The position numbers were made by a program, and so were the translations under genes. The notes below the pieces were generated by a model. It saw nothing but the letters and a program-made list of their open reading frames with translations, was not told the DNA's origin and did not search any database. Positions 11,101 to 25,000 of a stretch of 64,000 nt of DNA are shown one piece after another. Position 1 is the first letter of the stretch; every line of letters begins with the position of its first letter. The stretch is from Raillietiella orientalis (lineage: Eukaryota). The stretch spans positions 2,232,001-2,296,000 of the forward strand of contig JAYWIR010000007.1 of assembly GCA_036172245.1 (NCBI GenBank), written 5' to 3'.

Positions 11101-14100
11101 CAAAAGATCAACACATTTTGTTTGTTGATAGTCTGTTGAAAGGTCTGTTGTAACTTATGTATATATTACCAAGATTAGCATGGTTTGTTAGTTGCAAGTA
11201 CTTTGAAAGTTTTGGCTTATAAGTGAAAGCCCTTTTTACCAATGATTTTGTGAGACATTTTGATTCACCAGTATTATATAAAAAGCACAACAAACTAAAG
11301 TTAATTAGTATTCATATACTCATATGTTCAGAGTAATTGAATTTATCCAACATAACAGTATTGAAGAGACTTTTTTTTTTATGTATGATGCTGCAATATG
11401 ATACTTGATGAGTCTTATGTCATCCATCAATATTTCTAATCCAAAATCGACTCAGGTAGTTCTTAGGAATGTTTCTGATCTTAAACAGGACATTCCTGAG
11501 TCCTGCTTGCATAGTTCCGCAAGGAAACCTTTTTAGAGTAATGAAGCACTTCAAAAACATTGTACATGTATTTTGAATTGTTTATTTATTGAAATAACAA
11601 GAATGCTTTTGAAATACCAAATGAATTTGCAGGTGATTCTGAGCTTCTGGATGACAAATTGAATATCGCATTAAGTGATATAGGAAGTTCTCAATCATTT
11701 TTGGATGGTTTCGAGCAAAAGGACATTTCACGAGGTAAAAAATAAGTGAAGTCAAACAGTCAAACAAAACTTTGTTTTTATTTAGCTAGTAACCATGCAC
11801 TACTTGATCATTGTTATTCTGCTGGAGATAAAGCAAAAGTTGTTGCCTTAGATAAGGAAAACGTTGAAAATAAAAGCAAGGTGAATGTTTTGGTGTTTCA
11901 TCTTTATGCTTCACGTGTGAATGTATTTTTCAGAAGTCAGCTTGTTCTCCAGTGAGGCGTTTTTATAAACAAAATGATAAAACTGATGCAAGGGAAAATG
12001 AAGTACAGAAAGTGACCCATGACCAGCAGGTTATAAATAACGATGACTCCACATTTGTTCGTTCTCACGATATTAATTCTTCTCAAGGTATTGAATTTTG
12101 ACAAGCTCGATAATTGCAGTGCTAAACTTATGATTTAGAGTTTGTAATTTACAACTAATATTCTTTCTCGTGATAACTAATTCTTCTCAATATATTGAAT
12201 TTTCAGAAGTTTCATAATTGCAGTGTTGAACTAATGATTTAAGGGTGTGTATTTTTACAAATTAATATTTTAGGGTTTACATCTAACCAAGAAAAACAAT
12301 TAGCAACTGCAATAGAGCATAACCGAAATAAATGTAGAAAACGCATTGATAGTGATGTAAATTGCTTATCCTCTAATGAGTCATTAGACAAATCACTAAT
12401 TGCTGAGCAAAATGATGAAAAGGATTTGAGAATGAATAAAGTATTGAAAACTAATTTGAATTTTTTAATTGCAAATGATTTTTAGACAGAAAATGTATTT
12501 AATAATGTTAATGGAAATGCGGATATAATTGTGAATCCACCACCTTCCAAGAGAGGCAGAAAACCAAAGAAAAAAAATCTTCCAGATTTTTCTTTTAGCG
12601 ATGAGGAATCTAAAGATGAAAAAGTCGCGGATGATGATCCTAATAAATTATGGTGCATTTGTCGCAAGCCTCATAACAATAGGTAACAAGGATTTTTACT
12701 TTTCAGTCATGATCATCTGTTGTATTCTTTTGGGTAGGTTCATGATATGTTGTGACAGGTGTGAGGATTGGTTTCATGGCAACTGTGTTGGAGTATCTCG
12801 TTATATGGGTGAGCATTTGATTTTTGTAAAATTCACAGCATAATTGTGTGAAAAGGACAAAAATTAGAAGAAAGTGGTAGAGAATGGCATTGCCCTAATT
12901 GTCGTAAAAATGACAAACCAAACAATGAAAATCAACGTCAGTCCTGGTGCCGTGGTCGTCATAGAAAGTATGAAAATGTCAATAAACATGAGAACGATAA
13001 AAATTCCAGCAAAGCTTTGGTATGTATAAAAGATGAGAAAACTACGAAGATCGAAGAAGAAAATAAAAGTGATTCAAAAATAGTATGTATCACTCAGTTT
13101 TTGGTTAAACATGCATGCAATTGAACAATTAGGTAGCATGTATTCAACCTGGATGTGATATTTCTGCATTAGATGGATCAGTTTACTGTAGCGATAAGTG
13201 TATTGAGAATCATGTTAAGGATGCTATGCTTGCTTTGGGTGTGCAATGTAAAAATCAGAACAAAAATGTATGAACTTATTCTTGAGTATCATTTAATTGT
13301 ATGGTGATCAGAATTCTGGTGAAGGATCTATTCCTAATGTAGTAGTTTTTGAAAGAAAAACTGGACGAGTGTTGACAGGTGCAAATGCACCATCTTGGGA
13401 AACTTTGGAATTATGGATCAAGAAACACCCAACCTATGAGGTTATGAAACCTTCAACGCCTCCGGCTTCCAAATTTTATGGGTGAGAAAATATGTCTGTT
13501 AAATAATAAACGTGTCAAACCATTTGTGTAATAGATCATCTTCACAATTATCAAGAAAAAACAATAAAGCCTCCAAGTTTAAAAGAGTATCTTCAGATCC
13601 TTCTTCAGTAAATATCTTTGATTTCCAAAAGCTGACACCAGTACGTAGTGGTAAAACTAATTTGGACCAATCAAAAGGAAATATTAAAGAATTGACAGAA
13701 GCTGATACAGATGGCAGAAATGTGTTATCACAAGACAATATTATGAAATATTTTCAAGAAAAACCAAAGGAAAAAAAAGATTTAAAAGATGAAATGAAAT
13801 TTGTGAACAATTGTTCATTTGGGGAAGATAAATTCAAAGATCTTGCTTTTACCAATGTTAACAAAAAGACATTCAAGGAAGAGAAAGAGAAACGAAATTC
13901 TGAGCCATCTATTACATCATCAAATCAGGAGTCTTTGCGAGCAAGTGTGCGAAAAATTCTCAGAGATGTTCTCTGGTCACGCTGTAAGGACTGTAAACCT
14001 CCTTTACCCATTAGTGAAGACACTGTAAAAAAGATTGTGCGATGTATTGAGAATGAACTTTATCAGCTGTTTGGAGAAGTTAATAGTCGTTACAAAAGCA

Positions 14101-17100
14101 GATACAGGTATGGATGGGCTTTTAAATAGGTATTGGAATGGGTTATTGAATGGGTCAGGAGTTTGATATTTAATATGAAAGATGCAAAAAATCCTGGTTT
14201 ATTTCGTAAAGTTGTCATGAACGTAGTCACTCCTGATAGACTAGTTCGTATGACTCCAGATGAATTGGCCTCACAAGAATTGGCTGAGTGGAGAGAAAGA
14301 GAAACCAAACATGTAAGTTTAGATTCTGTTAGCTAATAAATTCAAGCAAATTGTTAGCAACTGGAGATGATCAGGAGGATGGAATTAGATAAACAAGAAA
14401 GGAAACATGTTTTCATTACAAAGACATCAAATGAAGAGCGCATTATTGAAGCTGATGATATGGGCACACTTTTAGATCGTGAGTACTGAATGGAACATGA
14501 AATTAGAGTTGGGTATTTTCAATAAGATGCAGAAAATTCAGATGTAGATGGTTTACTCTTGTCTGATACAACTTCACAGCACCTCAATCATTTGTTTGAT
14601 CTTAACTGTCAAGTTTGCACAAAGAAGGTGAAATGTATATTTTATTGCTGTTTGCTTGATGTGGATTGCCTATAGATGAATCTGAGTGAATTTGAAAGCA
14701 AATATGGTAGAAAACCTTTACTTGCTTCTGACAAAGAAAATGAGAATCGGTTTTCTGAAGACTCATTAACAGAAAAAAATCGTCTTGCACTGTTAAAAGA
14801 AGAAGAAGCCAAACTTGAAGCGAAATTGGGCCAGGTCATGAAAGAAATTCGCTTATACAATGGTGATGGTTCCGATGTGACCCCTCCTAATCCTGATGAA
14901 CCTTTAACTTGTTGGGAGGGCTTCATCCACTTGCCTGATGTAGTGAAATTTTCTCTAAAAGCACGAAAAGTGAGAAAGCAGAGTTAGAGATAGGACTGTG
15001 TAGACGGAAAATGTTTCTAGGTATCAGGGCCTTATGAATCAATCGAAAAGGAACTTCCCACTTCACTTGAAATTGTTGGACGGATTAATCCTGACAATGT
15101 GTGGGATTATGTTGCCAAAATGAAAAAAGCAGGAACAAAAGTAATTTACTTTGTGTTTGATAAAGCTAATTTCAATGTCAGCAGAGTTTAGTTGTTGTAC
15201 GCTTTCAACCAGCCCATGAAGAAGACAGACTACCATATATGTCACTTTACTCTCATCTTTCTTCCAAAAATCGTTTTGGTGTCATTGAGGCTTTCTCTGA
15301 TCAAATTAAAGACTTTTATGTATTTCCATTATCTAGTAATAGTCCTATACCAAATATATTGCTACCTTTGGATGGTCCAGCATTTGAAGACTCACGGCCT
15401 CATTTACTGCTTGGATTAATTTTGAAGCATAATAGAAAGAGAAGTAGAGTAGACAGTGAGTATGGCTTCCTTAGTTGTCAACCAGTGCTGTTTTTTAATT
15501 TCAGGTTCTCCAACAAGGAAACATTCAGCTGAACGCTACTCAGTTTCACATTCAGCATCAGTGCACTCTTACACTCCTCCTCTCTTGTTAGATGGAGATC
15601 ACTCACCTTACAGTCCTCCAGAAACTGATATGGGTATTGCATCAGGTAGTATGGAACAATGTCATTTTTTGATTTATAATTGGCTCAATATGTTTTTAGT
15701 ATAATTTTATATATTTCTTTGTGGCAAATGTATATTTCAAAAATCACTTATCAGATTTACTTTACATCACAGAAAAGGTCGTGCATTGACTTAATGTTGT
15801 TCCTGAACTGGCATGCATGCTTTTACTAGTAATATTTTTAATACACTTTTCAAGGTTTTTTTGAAATTGCATGTGTCAGTTAGTTACAAACCAGAGTTAT
15901 TTAAAATAAAAGATTCCTTGACTAATGTAATCAGTTCTTTACAATCAATTCTTTGACCATTTCTTCATTTGGCCTGATTTCTGATGATTTTTGTGCCATA
16001 TGATTTATTCATTTTTTTACACAAATATTATAAAGAATGGCGCTGTAAGTTTGCATAACCTCTCACATTTGTTGAATTCGTGTGATTCAAACCTGTGGTA
16101 ATCATAAACAGTAGTTTTGTTTGCTTGTAAATTTCTTTTAGCAGGGCAGAGTATGAGTAGATTCGTGTCTTTCCTCGATAACTTCTTAAATGTTTTATTA
16201 ATGATAATATCCCACTCATGGAAGTCGAGCCTAAGTAGTTGAAAGCTCCAGAAATCTCGTTGATAAAACATAAAGCACCCTTAATATTTGAAAAAAAAAT
16301 TTTGAAGTCTTATTTGTTGCAGATTATAAAAATTATGATGTTAGTTGGCATCTTGGATTTTGGTTGTGATTGGCAACTTTACATGCTGTGTTTTCCTTAT
16401 CAGCAGCAAGTTTTTCCCATTTAACACTTGATTGAGTATCTCGGAAAATCTATTGTTTGTGTGTACTTGTCATGTGCAATTAATGGCAACAGCCTCCATT
16501 AAGTATCTATTCGCTATCTCGCTTTCCCTCCAATTTCTTTCGCTCTTTTGTTTTTTTGTTTTTGTTTACCTTGTTAATAATTGATAATGTATTCTGTTTA
16601 AAATCATGAAATTAGAATATCATCATAAAGATTTAAGAGTACTTAACAAAAAATCAGTTCAAATCCAAGCAGCGATAAAGGCTGTTTACCCCCTGTCCTA
16701 CACCTTCTGTGACCTAAAATGAGTTGAATTAAGCTTTTTGTGAATACTTAAATTTGGAGCAAAACTTTAGGCTTTGTTTTGTGTTGTTTTTCCTCCATCT
16801 TCCCAAAATCATTGCAAAGTAAAATAATAATACTTAATGCAACTGTTTTGAATGCGACATTTCCACATTTTAGACAGTTGACACTTTTCTATTCTTAACT
16901 AGAAGTGAACTGTACAAGAGTATAGTTCTTGTATAGTCCACTTCTCCTTTCCCATTCACTCATGAATGCATTTCCAGTAATTTCTTTTGCCAGGTCGTGT
17001 ATCTATAGGATTTTCCATTATATTAATAGTATGCTTTTGATTGCATCTTGAATGAAGAAGGGAAGGTACTCCTAAATCGAAATTGCAGTTTCAATTGAAG

Positions 17101-19265
17101 TGTTTGCGCGATGTGAAAATCATTATGAAATACAAAGTTGAATGATGGGGTTTGATCAAAAAACCCACAAAAAAGCATTCTCAATCATGGGAATGCTTTT
17201 TTGTGATTCACTATTTAGAGTACTCTAGATAATGGTAAAAGATGTATTTGAACCAATTAAGCCTGGTTTAAATATCCATTTTTTATATTTAATTTTGTGA
17301 TGTATAAGTGAGAGTTTTTCTCCTAAGCCTATTTCTGATTTTTTTTTTTTTTTCTTCCCCAGTCTTCCCCAAAGACGTCTAAATTTTTTGAAGGTGTGCA
17401 TTTTTTCTATTCATTAAGTTTTGTAATAATTCATAATGATTTTGATCGAGGAGTCATTTTTTTAATCCAAGAAAACGGTAGTTTTCCCAGGTAAAAAAGT
17501 AAAGTACAGAATTTGCATTCCATTTTGCCACTTGCTTTGCATTAAACACTTCTAAGTGATCCCTCCGATAAATTGGCCCCCAATTCAGGTATTTTTTGAT
17601 TCAAAACCTGAGGATTATTCACAAGTGTGGCAACTTTTTCCTACCTGCAATCCGAGTCGTTTAAAAATCTTTGTTTGGTAATTTTCGAATTTTCACAGTA
17701 GGATGCATTGGGGAGATTGACGTAGATTTTCGTGATTTCATCATTCAAAATAAAAGCAGCAGCCCATATAGTATCATTCATTCACCAAAGTTACTTACAG
17801 ATGTAACAGTGCAGGATTCAAAAACTACTCAAGGCAACATCATACACATCTGTGTTTAGTGTGTTTTACTTCGCTTGACAGCTTCCCATTTGTGATGTTT
17901 TTCAAACTACTTATGCAGCAGTTGGAAAGTTTGAAACTCTTTAAAGAGCTTTCATCAAGTTGTACGAATTTTTTTTCTTTTTTTTTTTTTTAGTGGAAAA
18001 TGTTGTTTCTTCATATAAATACAGTGAATCCTGTGAAATATAAGAAAGTAGAAAAGATTTGGGGGACTTCAAGTTGCAAAGGATAGTGTATAAACTATTT
18101 CAAAGAATAGCACTTTTGCTTTGTGATTATCACAAAAGTCAACAGTTTGCCATGTTTACAGTTTCGAGATGCATTCGGAACTTCTTTTACCAAAAGGAGA
18201 ATTGTGCTTTCTGCTTAATAATTAAAGACTCTACATGACTGTAACAGCTGCTTTTCTTGTCATTTGTGTCAAGTCATTTCACTGGAACAAAATGCGGAAT
18301 TTCTGACGTGTAGTATGAAGCTTGTAAACATGGTATATGGAGCTGCACCATAGTTTCTCATTTTGTTTTGCCTAGCAGTATTCGTTCTCATCGGATTGTT
18401 GCCTTATTAAAAGGAAAAAAAAGAAAAAGGAACTTCATTGAAAGGGAACTTGCTAACTGTAATTTGTAACTTTATCTGTGGAACTTGAATTGAGTTATAA
18501 ATATAAGCCTACCCTTTTGTGGCAACTTTCGTCTGTGTACTGTTTTGCACTTTTCTCTCCAGGGAATCTTGCTTCCTTTTTCTTCATTTCCAGCTGAAAG
18601 GGAAATATATTGCTGTGAAACACATTCTTAATTAATAATTCTGTTCATTATTTTTGTATATCTGACATATTAGTTGCATCACATGCAATGTGAAAGAATG
18701 TTTCATTCATGTCTATGCTGTATCCATATATTCACGCAGTGTATTCTGTTTCCTAGAATCACCTTATAGTCCTGGAGAAGACAATAATAATACAGAACAG
18801 TTGCTCCAGGAACTTAATCGCAAAATTGAACAACAAAAGCGTGAGATAGAATCAATTAGTTCAGTGTTTAAAGATCGCCAGACCACTTCAACTACAGAGT
18901 GCTGGGAGCAAACTCGCACAGATCTAGTCAAAGAAGAAAAAGAATTGTTATTATCTAGAGATCCACGAAAAGTGAAATTTTCTTCCAGTCCTTCCCAGTC
19001 ATCATATCAGCCATATACATCCTCCCATGCACCCGTTCAGGGTGCTGAATGGAGTGAACATTATGTGCCTCTCCAATATAGTCCACAGCACAATTTCTCA
19101 AACAGAAGAGATTCATGGAATAGAAGAAAAGTGTGGGATGCAGGATCTGGTTATTGGAAACCAGGACATCTTGAAACACCAAAAGACAATTGGCGATGGT
19201 CAAATATGAAGTACTCAAAACATTCATCAGTTAGCGGTTATGGTCACCCAAAAAGTTACAGTTGA
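8199..19265 (+). CDS. pps: DIDO1/PHF3-family PHD-BRK-TFIIS-M-SPOC protein (Drosophila pps-like), about 19 coding exons
   Basis: Phase-consistent GT-AG exons: 8199-8322, 8472-8627, 10712-10834, 11633-11734, 11786-11880, 11934-12087, 12274-12440, 12486-12682, 12738-12808, 12856-13082, 13133-13267, 13312-13481, 13535-14107, 14159-14312, 14358-14478, 14527-14627, 14676-14969, 15021-15140, 15185-15455, 15505-15645, 18757-19265. Motifs: IIVNSDTGNVSIDQETLQ and DPF..LQSEQAKEILGE (insect DIDO N-terminus); AT-hook-like [155 protein letters not shown]. Confidence 0.95.
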
Positions 19266-22200
19266 CACCACATTTTGGTGCTTCCATTAAAGAACCACAA
19301 TCATGTTGAGAGAAATGATTGATATGCAATCTATCATGTGTAAAATATTCACATACTTGCTTGCATCTAAAACAATGGTTTTTGCTCCTAGATAATGTGT
19401 ATACGTTATCTGTCAGCTGTTATTGTGTTTCATATATTGTGTGTTCTTGCCCAAGTCTGTTTGAAGATTCTAATGCACTTAGAATGTATTGAGTACAAAT
19501 TGTAACTTATAGAATTTTCGTCATTACTTGACATTACGGTTCTTGCCAAGAAAAATATAACAATTTCTATTCACGAATTGTAAAGCAAACTGAATTCAAC
19601 TGCAGTATGCATGGAGCTAATGCAGTAGTGCATTGCAGTTTTAATATAAGGTTTCAGTCAAAGTATTACATGTACAAATATATACATATATGTATACCGG
19701 TTGTGCGTTGGTTGGCCAAGTTTACTTGTGCAGGGAATCAGTTCTGGTGGATTCTTTGAAGTTCTGAAACTTTGCTGGTGGTCTGAAACGTATTTTGCCT
19801 TAGCACCAGCTGTTTCGTTTCCAGCACTGTTATTGTGATTCCAATCATTCACAGCCTTGCCTTTCCTTAAATACACTTTTGGTGATTGATCGACTTTCAT
19901 TAATCACACTCACTCGCAGAATTGAATGTGCTGCTCCTCTAATCATCTATTTCAGTTTGAAGCTGGCCAAGCTACATGGTGCAATTGTGTTTCCTTTTGC
20001 ACGTGTCACTATCGCCGTTCTAAACTGATCGAACTGCATTTCCATCATTTTATGTGCAGAAGTGAAACCCTTTCTCACACGCGCACAGACACATTACCCA
20101 GTGCCGAGCTCATACGTTCGATGCGGGACGTGGGACGAAAAGCATGTGCCACCGAGTCCCCCCCCCCTTCCTGGTCCCCGGTTTGTTGACGTCACGAAGT
20201 ACGTTCACCGTGTTCGCGTGCGGCTTCAACGTACATATCACAGGAGTGGAGTGTGTGTGTACGTCGGGAGCACCTGCGGTTGCCGGAGTGACTGAACCGG
20301 ATCGAGATCCACCTCGTGTTGCAGCGTAGACGAGCAGTTCCCCGATTCATCCCGGAACTTCTCACGAAAGGGACCGTAATGCTAACGCACCAAGTTGCCG
20401 TCGACCCACTTTGCATGAAGAACGCGGCTGCTGCCCGGATCACGTGAGAAGTCCTGATCGGCTCGTACACCTCGAGACCAGCGAATGCGTGCGTGGCTCG
20501 GTGTGGTTCGCCCCAAGCAGCCTGCAGGTCACACGACACGATTGGTGCATGCGAGGGGCTGACGTGTTTCAGCCACCTAAGCAGAGGCGAAGAGTCTGCT
20601 TCGAGGATTGGCGGTTCCGCCTCGTGCCTTGCGTCTTCCACAAACAGAAGCAAAAACGGTGTTTGGGCTCCCGCTGCTGGCTGGGCGTGTTCCCCTGGCC
20701 AGTGACCGGGTGACCTCGCAGTCGGCGACGCACGATGGCTTTGCGGCGGTTCTCTCCGTGAACTCTGGAGCATCCAACAACCTCTGGAAGCCAGTACCGC
20801 CGATTATCGATTCGCACAGAACGGGAGATAAAAACTCTGGGATGTTTTGTTGCTGCTGCTGCGTGCCCTGGTCGGCATTCGCTTTGAGCATGAGTTGGCT
20901 GCTTCGCTTCCCGTTTTTTTTTTTTTTTTTTTTTTTTTTTCCCCTTCTCTTTGCGGTATTGAACTCTGCGAAGAGGGCGCGTCTTGGATTACCTCGGCAT
21001 GCTGTATAAAGTCCAAGTTTCCGAATGCTGCCACGCTACTTTAATAACAGTCCCATGCGGGCGTCCACAAATTAACCAGCCACCCAAACCACCTACTTGC
21101 CGCTACCTTGCCCGCAAGGGGCTTTTAGGATTTGTCCACGAGACGGGGGTTTCTGTGTGAATGTCAGCAGCAGACTGACCGCTAATGACTGACTGAACAT
21201 CAGAAATGTTTCCTCGTTTGCAGGGAATCTCAAACGAAATTCTCATGCGAATCGCTGGTTAATTTTCCCACTTGGAATTGGCCAAATTGTTCCCTTGGAA
21301 GTAAACCAAAACTCGGGATTTTAAAGGAGGAAGGCGAGTGGGAGGAGTTGCAGATGTGAAGTGAATCGTATTCCCCACACTTCGCCAGTCGTCATTGCTA
21401 CGCATAAAGTTCCTCTACGTCTGTTTTCTGATATTTGTTTCTCCGTGTTTCAACTTGGGGTCGAGCTGGAAAATGCTTCGAAGACCATCCAGTGACCAAA
21501 TGAAGACATGCAAACAATAAATGCGCTGTTTGATTTTTTTTTTTTTGGCAAAACCTTAGTTCCTCGACGTTCAACATCCAGTGTCTGTGCGTCTCTGATG
21601 GCACTCTTGAATGCCATTTGGATCAGCGTGCCTCTGTCTGCGTGAGAGACAGCAAGGTGTACCAGATCGCCCCAGAAAGCAGATTCGAAAAGCATCCAAG
21701 AAAGAGAAAAAATCAGCTTGGTTCTTACAGGATACAGTTCTCATACAGCTAGGTTACCATTGGAGCAGCTTTGTTCTGGAAACCAGTGCTCCATTGACTG
21801 TTTCCAGTTATGCCATAAAATTGTGGCACCATTCTCTTATTTTACTTTGGGCATCCTTATTATTATCCCAGCCTGGAAACAAACTGGAAGATTGGAAGAG
21901 TCTCTACAGTTTGTCTTCATGTCAATGAATGAAAAAAAGTGAAACAGACTGTTTTAAAATAATTTGATGCAAATTCTATCTGCATTTCACTTCATGTACG
22001 TATGAAAAGAAAAAAAAAAAACATACGTGAAGTTTGGAGTAAATCGCTGTTGGGAATTCGTAAGGAATACGAATGCTTCAGCGATGCTTCTCGGTAGCTG
22101 CTATGTAAAGTTATCGGATCAACCATAATTCCAACCATCCCTTCCTACCTGGGAGGCAACCAAATGAGATGTCTGCTGTAACGAAAGCGGTGCATTTTTT

Positions 22201-22752
22201 TCACCAGGATCGAAAACAAATTACGAATCGAGGTTGCATTTCACTCGAAATGATGTTTCATTAGCTAGACAGTAAAATAATGCAACTGAAGAGATCACAT
22301 TATCATTCTCCAGCCCGAGAGTGCGCTCATCCTGAAGATGTTCGCGACCGTTGTCGAATCCGCATATAGTTATTAAAATTAAAAAAAAACGCCGGGATAG
22401 CGGACCCTTACCTTGAAATTTGGTTGCAATCAAAGCATTACGTTGCAGCCCCTTCGAAGTTCCGTACATGGATGGGTGTGTGAATCCTGAGAGCAAGAAG
22501 ACAGTGAGTGCCCTTCTATGGACAGGATTTCTACGAAACGCCTTGTATCACAGAGAAACGAATGCTGAATGCCTTCCGAATACCTGATGACAGATTGCAT
22601 CCTATGGAAGAAATTTTCGAGTTTCTCGTTCTGAAAAGCACAGGTAGCAGAGCTTCATCTTCAAGCACTTAATAGCAGAGAGAAGCACGCATTGTAATAA
22701 TACGAAACAGAACTGTCAAAGTTGGATTCGAGTGCTTCCCGTTCCAGAATTT

Positions 22753-23374
22753 CGATTTTCCCCAATCCCACAAGGAGTGGGGTGTGAATTTATTTTCTTT
22801 CATCATTCATTCTACGTACTCATTCATTTAGTTCCTGGGATACAACACGGTTTTCCTTAGAGGTTCACTTCTGGGCATTCACTGCACGGGGGTTCTGCAC
22901 TAAGGTGGGCTTGGCGTTGGGTGGGCCCCGGCGGCGTCCTTGATCCTTCTCAGGATGTACCGGTAAGTCCAGGCTGGCACTCTGCCACTGTTTCTTATTC
23001 CGATCTCTTTCGGATAATCCCTTTCAGGACTTCCATGGGAGATGCGGCCATTCTAGCGGCCTTCATTTTCCACCATCTTACGAGGATGGCGATGATGAAT
23101 AGGGCAATGGTCGTCCTGGGCATCGGGTTGTCGAGGGGGACGTTCCCGTTTCCCTGGAACACCCCGGCCAAGACTTCCATCCTTGAGGTGTTCAACAACC
23201 CTATGACCCTTTTCAAGGTCTGCCAGTCTGGGCGCATTGTGGGACATGTCAAGACGTGAAGTCTCGTATCTACGTCACCACATGCTCTGCAGACCTCATC
23301 TTGCCTTTGGCTCGTGGAGAATTTCATCTTCGACCCGCTTAGGATTCCTCAGTGATAAAACATCAGGAGGTTAT
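22753..23374 (-). mobile_element. 5'-truncated L1/Tx1-like non-LTR retrotransposon (ORF2 C-terminal CCHC region + 3' UTR) with TSD
   Basis: ORF 22995-23327(-) contains CRACGDVDTRLHVLTCP..W (CCHC). Minus-strand AATAAA near 22790. Flanked by the direct repeat CCGTTCCAGAATTT at 22739-22752 and 23375-23388. Confidence 0.8.
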
Positions 23375-24619
23375 CCGTTCCAGAATTTTGAATGTGTGCA
23401 TAATGAAAGGGAAAAATCCCAAAATTCGTTTACATTGCTCGTTCAAATTCATTTGGAGCAGATTTCCTTTTAAATGACTGACTGGTTCTGGACATTCTTC
23501 GATGGCGGCTGTTTTCCGAGACAAGGCGGACTTCCTGGATCCTGGTCATACGATCCCAGCGAACGTATACAGACTGTGAACTCTGCAAAAACTGCTATTC
23601 TGAGTAGCAGACAGAAGGACTTGCACCTGCATGCTTGATCTGCGATGAACACCGGCTACAACAAATGTAAGGACCCGTGGATTACTATAGTCAAAGCGTT
23701 TTCTGTTTCCACTGATATGCGTAAAAGTTCATTCCTCAGCAAAAACAAAAAAAAAAACTGAATTCAAATAGTAGCAGGTTCAACGCCTGCCGCTGCTGTC
23801 TAAAAAGGTAAAAGAACCTACTTTTCAGGATGAAAGAGTAAGCTGTCCTTATTGGGCTCCTCAGCCGACTTTTAAAAAGAGAATCAGCGGATTGTGAGTA
23901 CAAAACTGCCTTTAAAGTACAATTCATCGTACCATTCTGTGTAAGCTTGATTGGTAGAAATTTTTCAATAACTGACAGAAAGCCTAAATGGAACTGGATA
24001 GTTAAAGGGAAATACAAGGTCATCGTATGCTACTGTCTCCTGCTTGCTCTGATGCTGAAGGTCAGACTTGTTCTAAAGAATCGACCGCTTCCTCAGGAGT
24101 CGGGCAGACAACGCCCACGAATCAACGAAGCTACGTCTATAGGAATAACGAAAGTGCATACCACGGAATCAGACCACGTACCCCTCTCCCCTTCCCACTT
24201 TTAATGCGTCACAGCATTTCCACCGACGCATTCAAATCCATATTATAAGAGCCGCGCCATCTCTGTTCCACAGAGCCATCACGGCCGACCACGAGGGGAA
24301 AAGCACGGCAGTAGGAGGAAAGCAATCCGTGGGAGCGCAAGAAAGTGCCTGTCCAAAGCCATGATGGAGTCCGTCGTCCGGTGGACAAGCAGTGGCCCTA
24401 GGATGCGGGGAAACGAGCGTGCGAGCTGTGGGGATCCACACACGAATTCCCTCTGGCACTGGAAGCTGGAGCTCTGAACCGCGATGCACACGAATCACGA
24501 CCAAACAGGAGTGGCCGTGCAGCTGTCACGTGGTGTCAGAAACGCTACACTCCCAATTCCCAGCGCCAGGACAGTGCAAAAGAGACAGGCTGGGGGTATT
24601 GGTCCCACGGAAGTCGCCC

Positions 24620-25000
24620 ATGGTTCTCCCTAGCTCTTGAGGAACGAAAAGCCAAGTTTGGTTACACGCATCGGAACTTTCGGTCCTCAACCTGAAGATT
24701 CAACCAATGAACAGGATGTCTAAGCATCCTCTACAAAGCGATGACTCCTCCTCAGCTGTAAGGATCCTGAAGACTTCAATCCATAGGAGGGGTGAAGATT
24801 GATCGATTCATTGCACGCTACGGCAGAGTTACGGCAGAAACAAGGGACGAATACTGGAAGCATGAAAAAATACGACTGGAAGGATCCAGAATGACAGGCT
24901 TACGTGGAGAGAAACCCACTTAGCTTATAAACAGGGCAAAACTAAAGGAAGGAGAGAACGAAGAAACAGCTTGTACGGAAGAAGTCCGAAAATAGGAACA
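24620..25000 (+). mobile_element. Possible decayed L1/Tx1 ORF1 (gag-like) fragment
   Basis: Plus-strand peptide IDRFIARYGRVTAETRDEYWKHEKIRLEGSRMTGLR resembles the ORF1 pattern L..YG.V....E.W......TG.R. Interrupted by stops. Confidence 0.3.
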
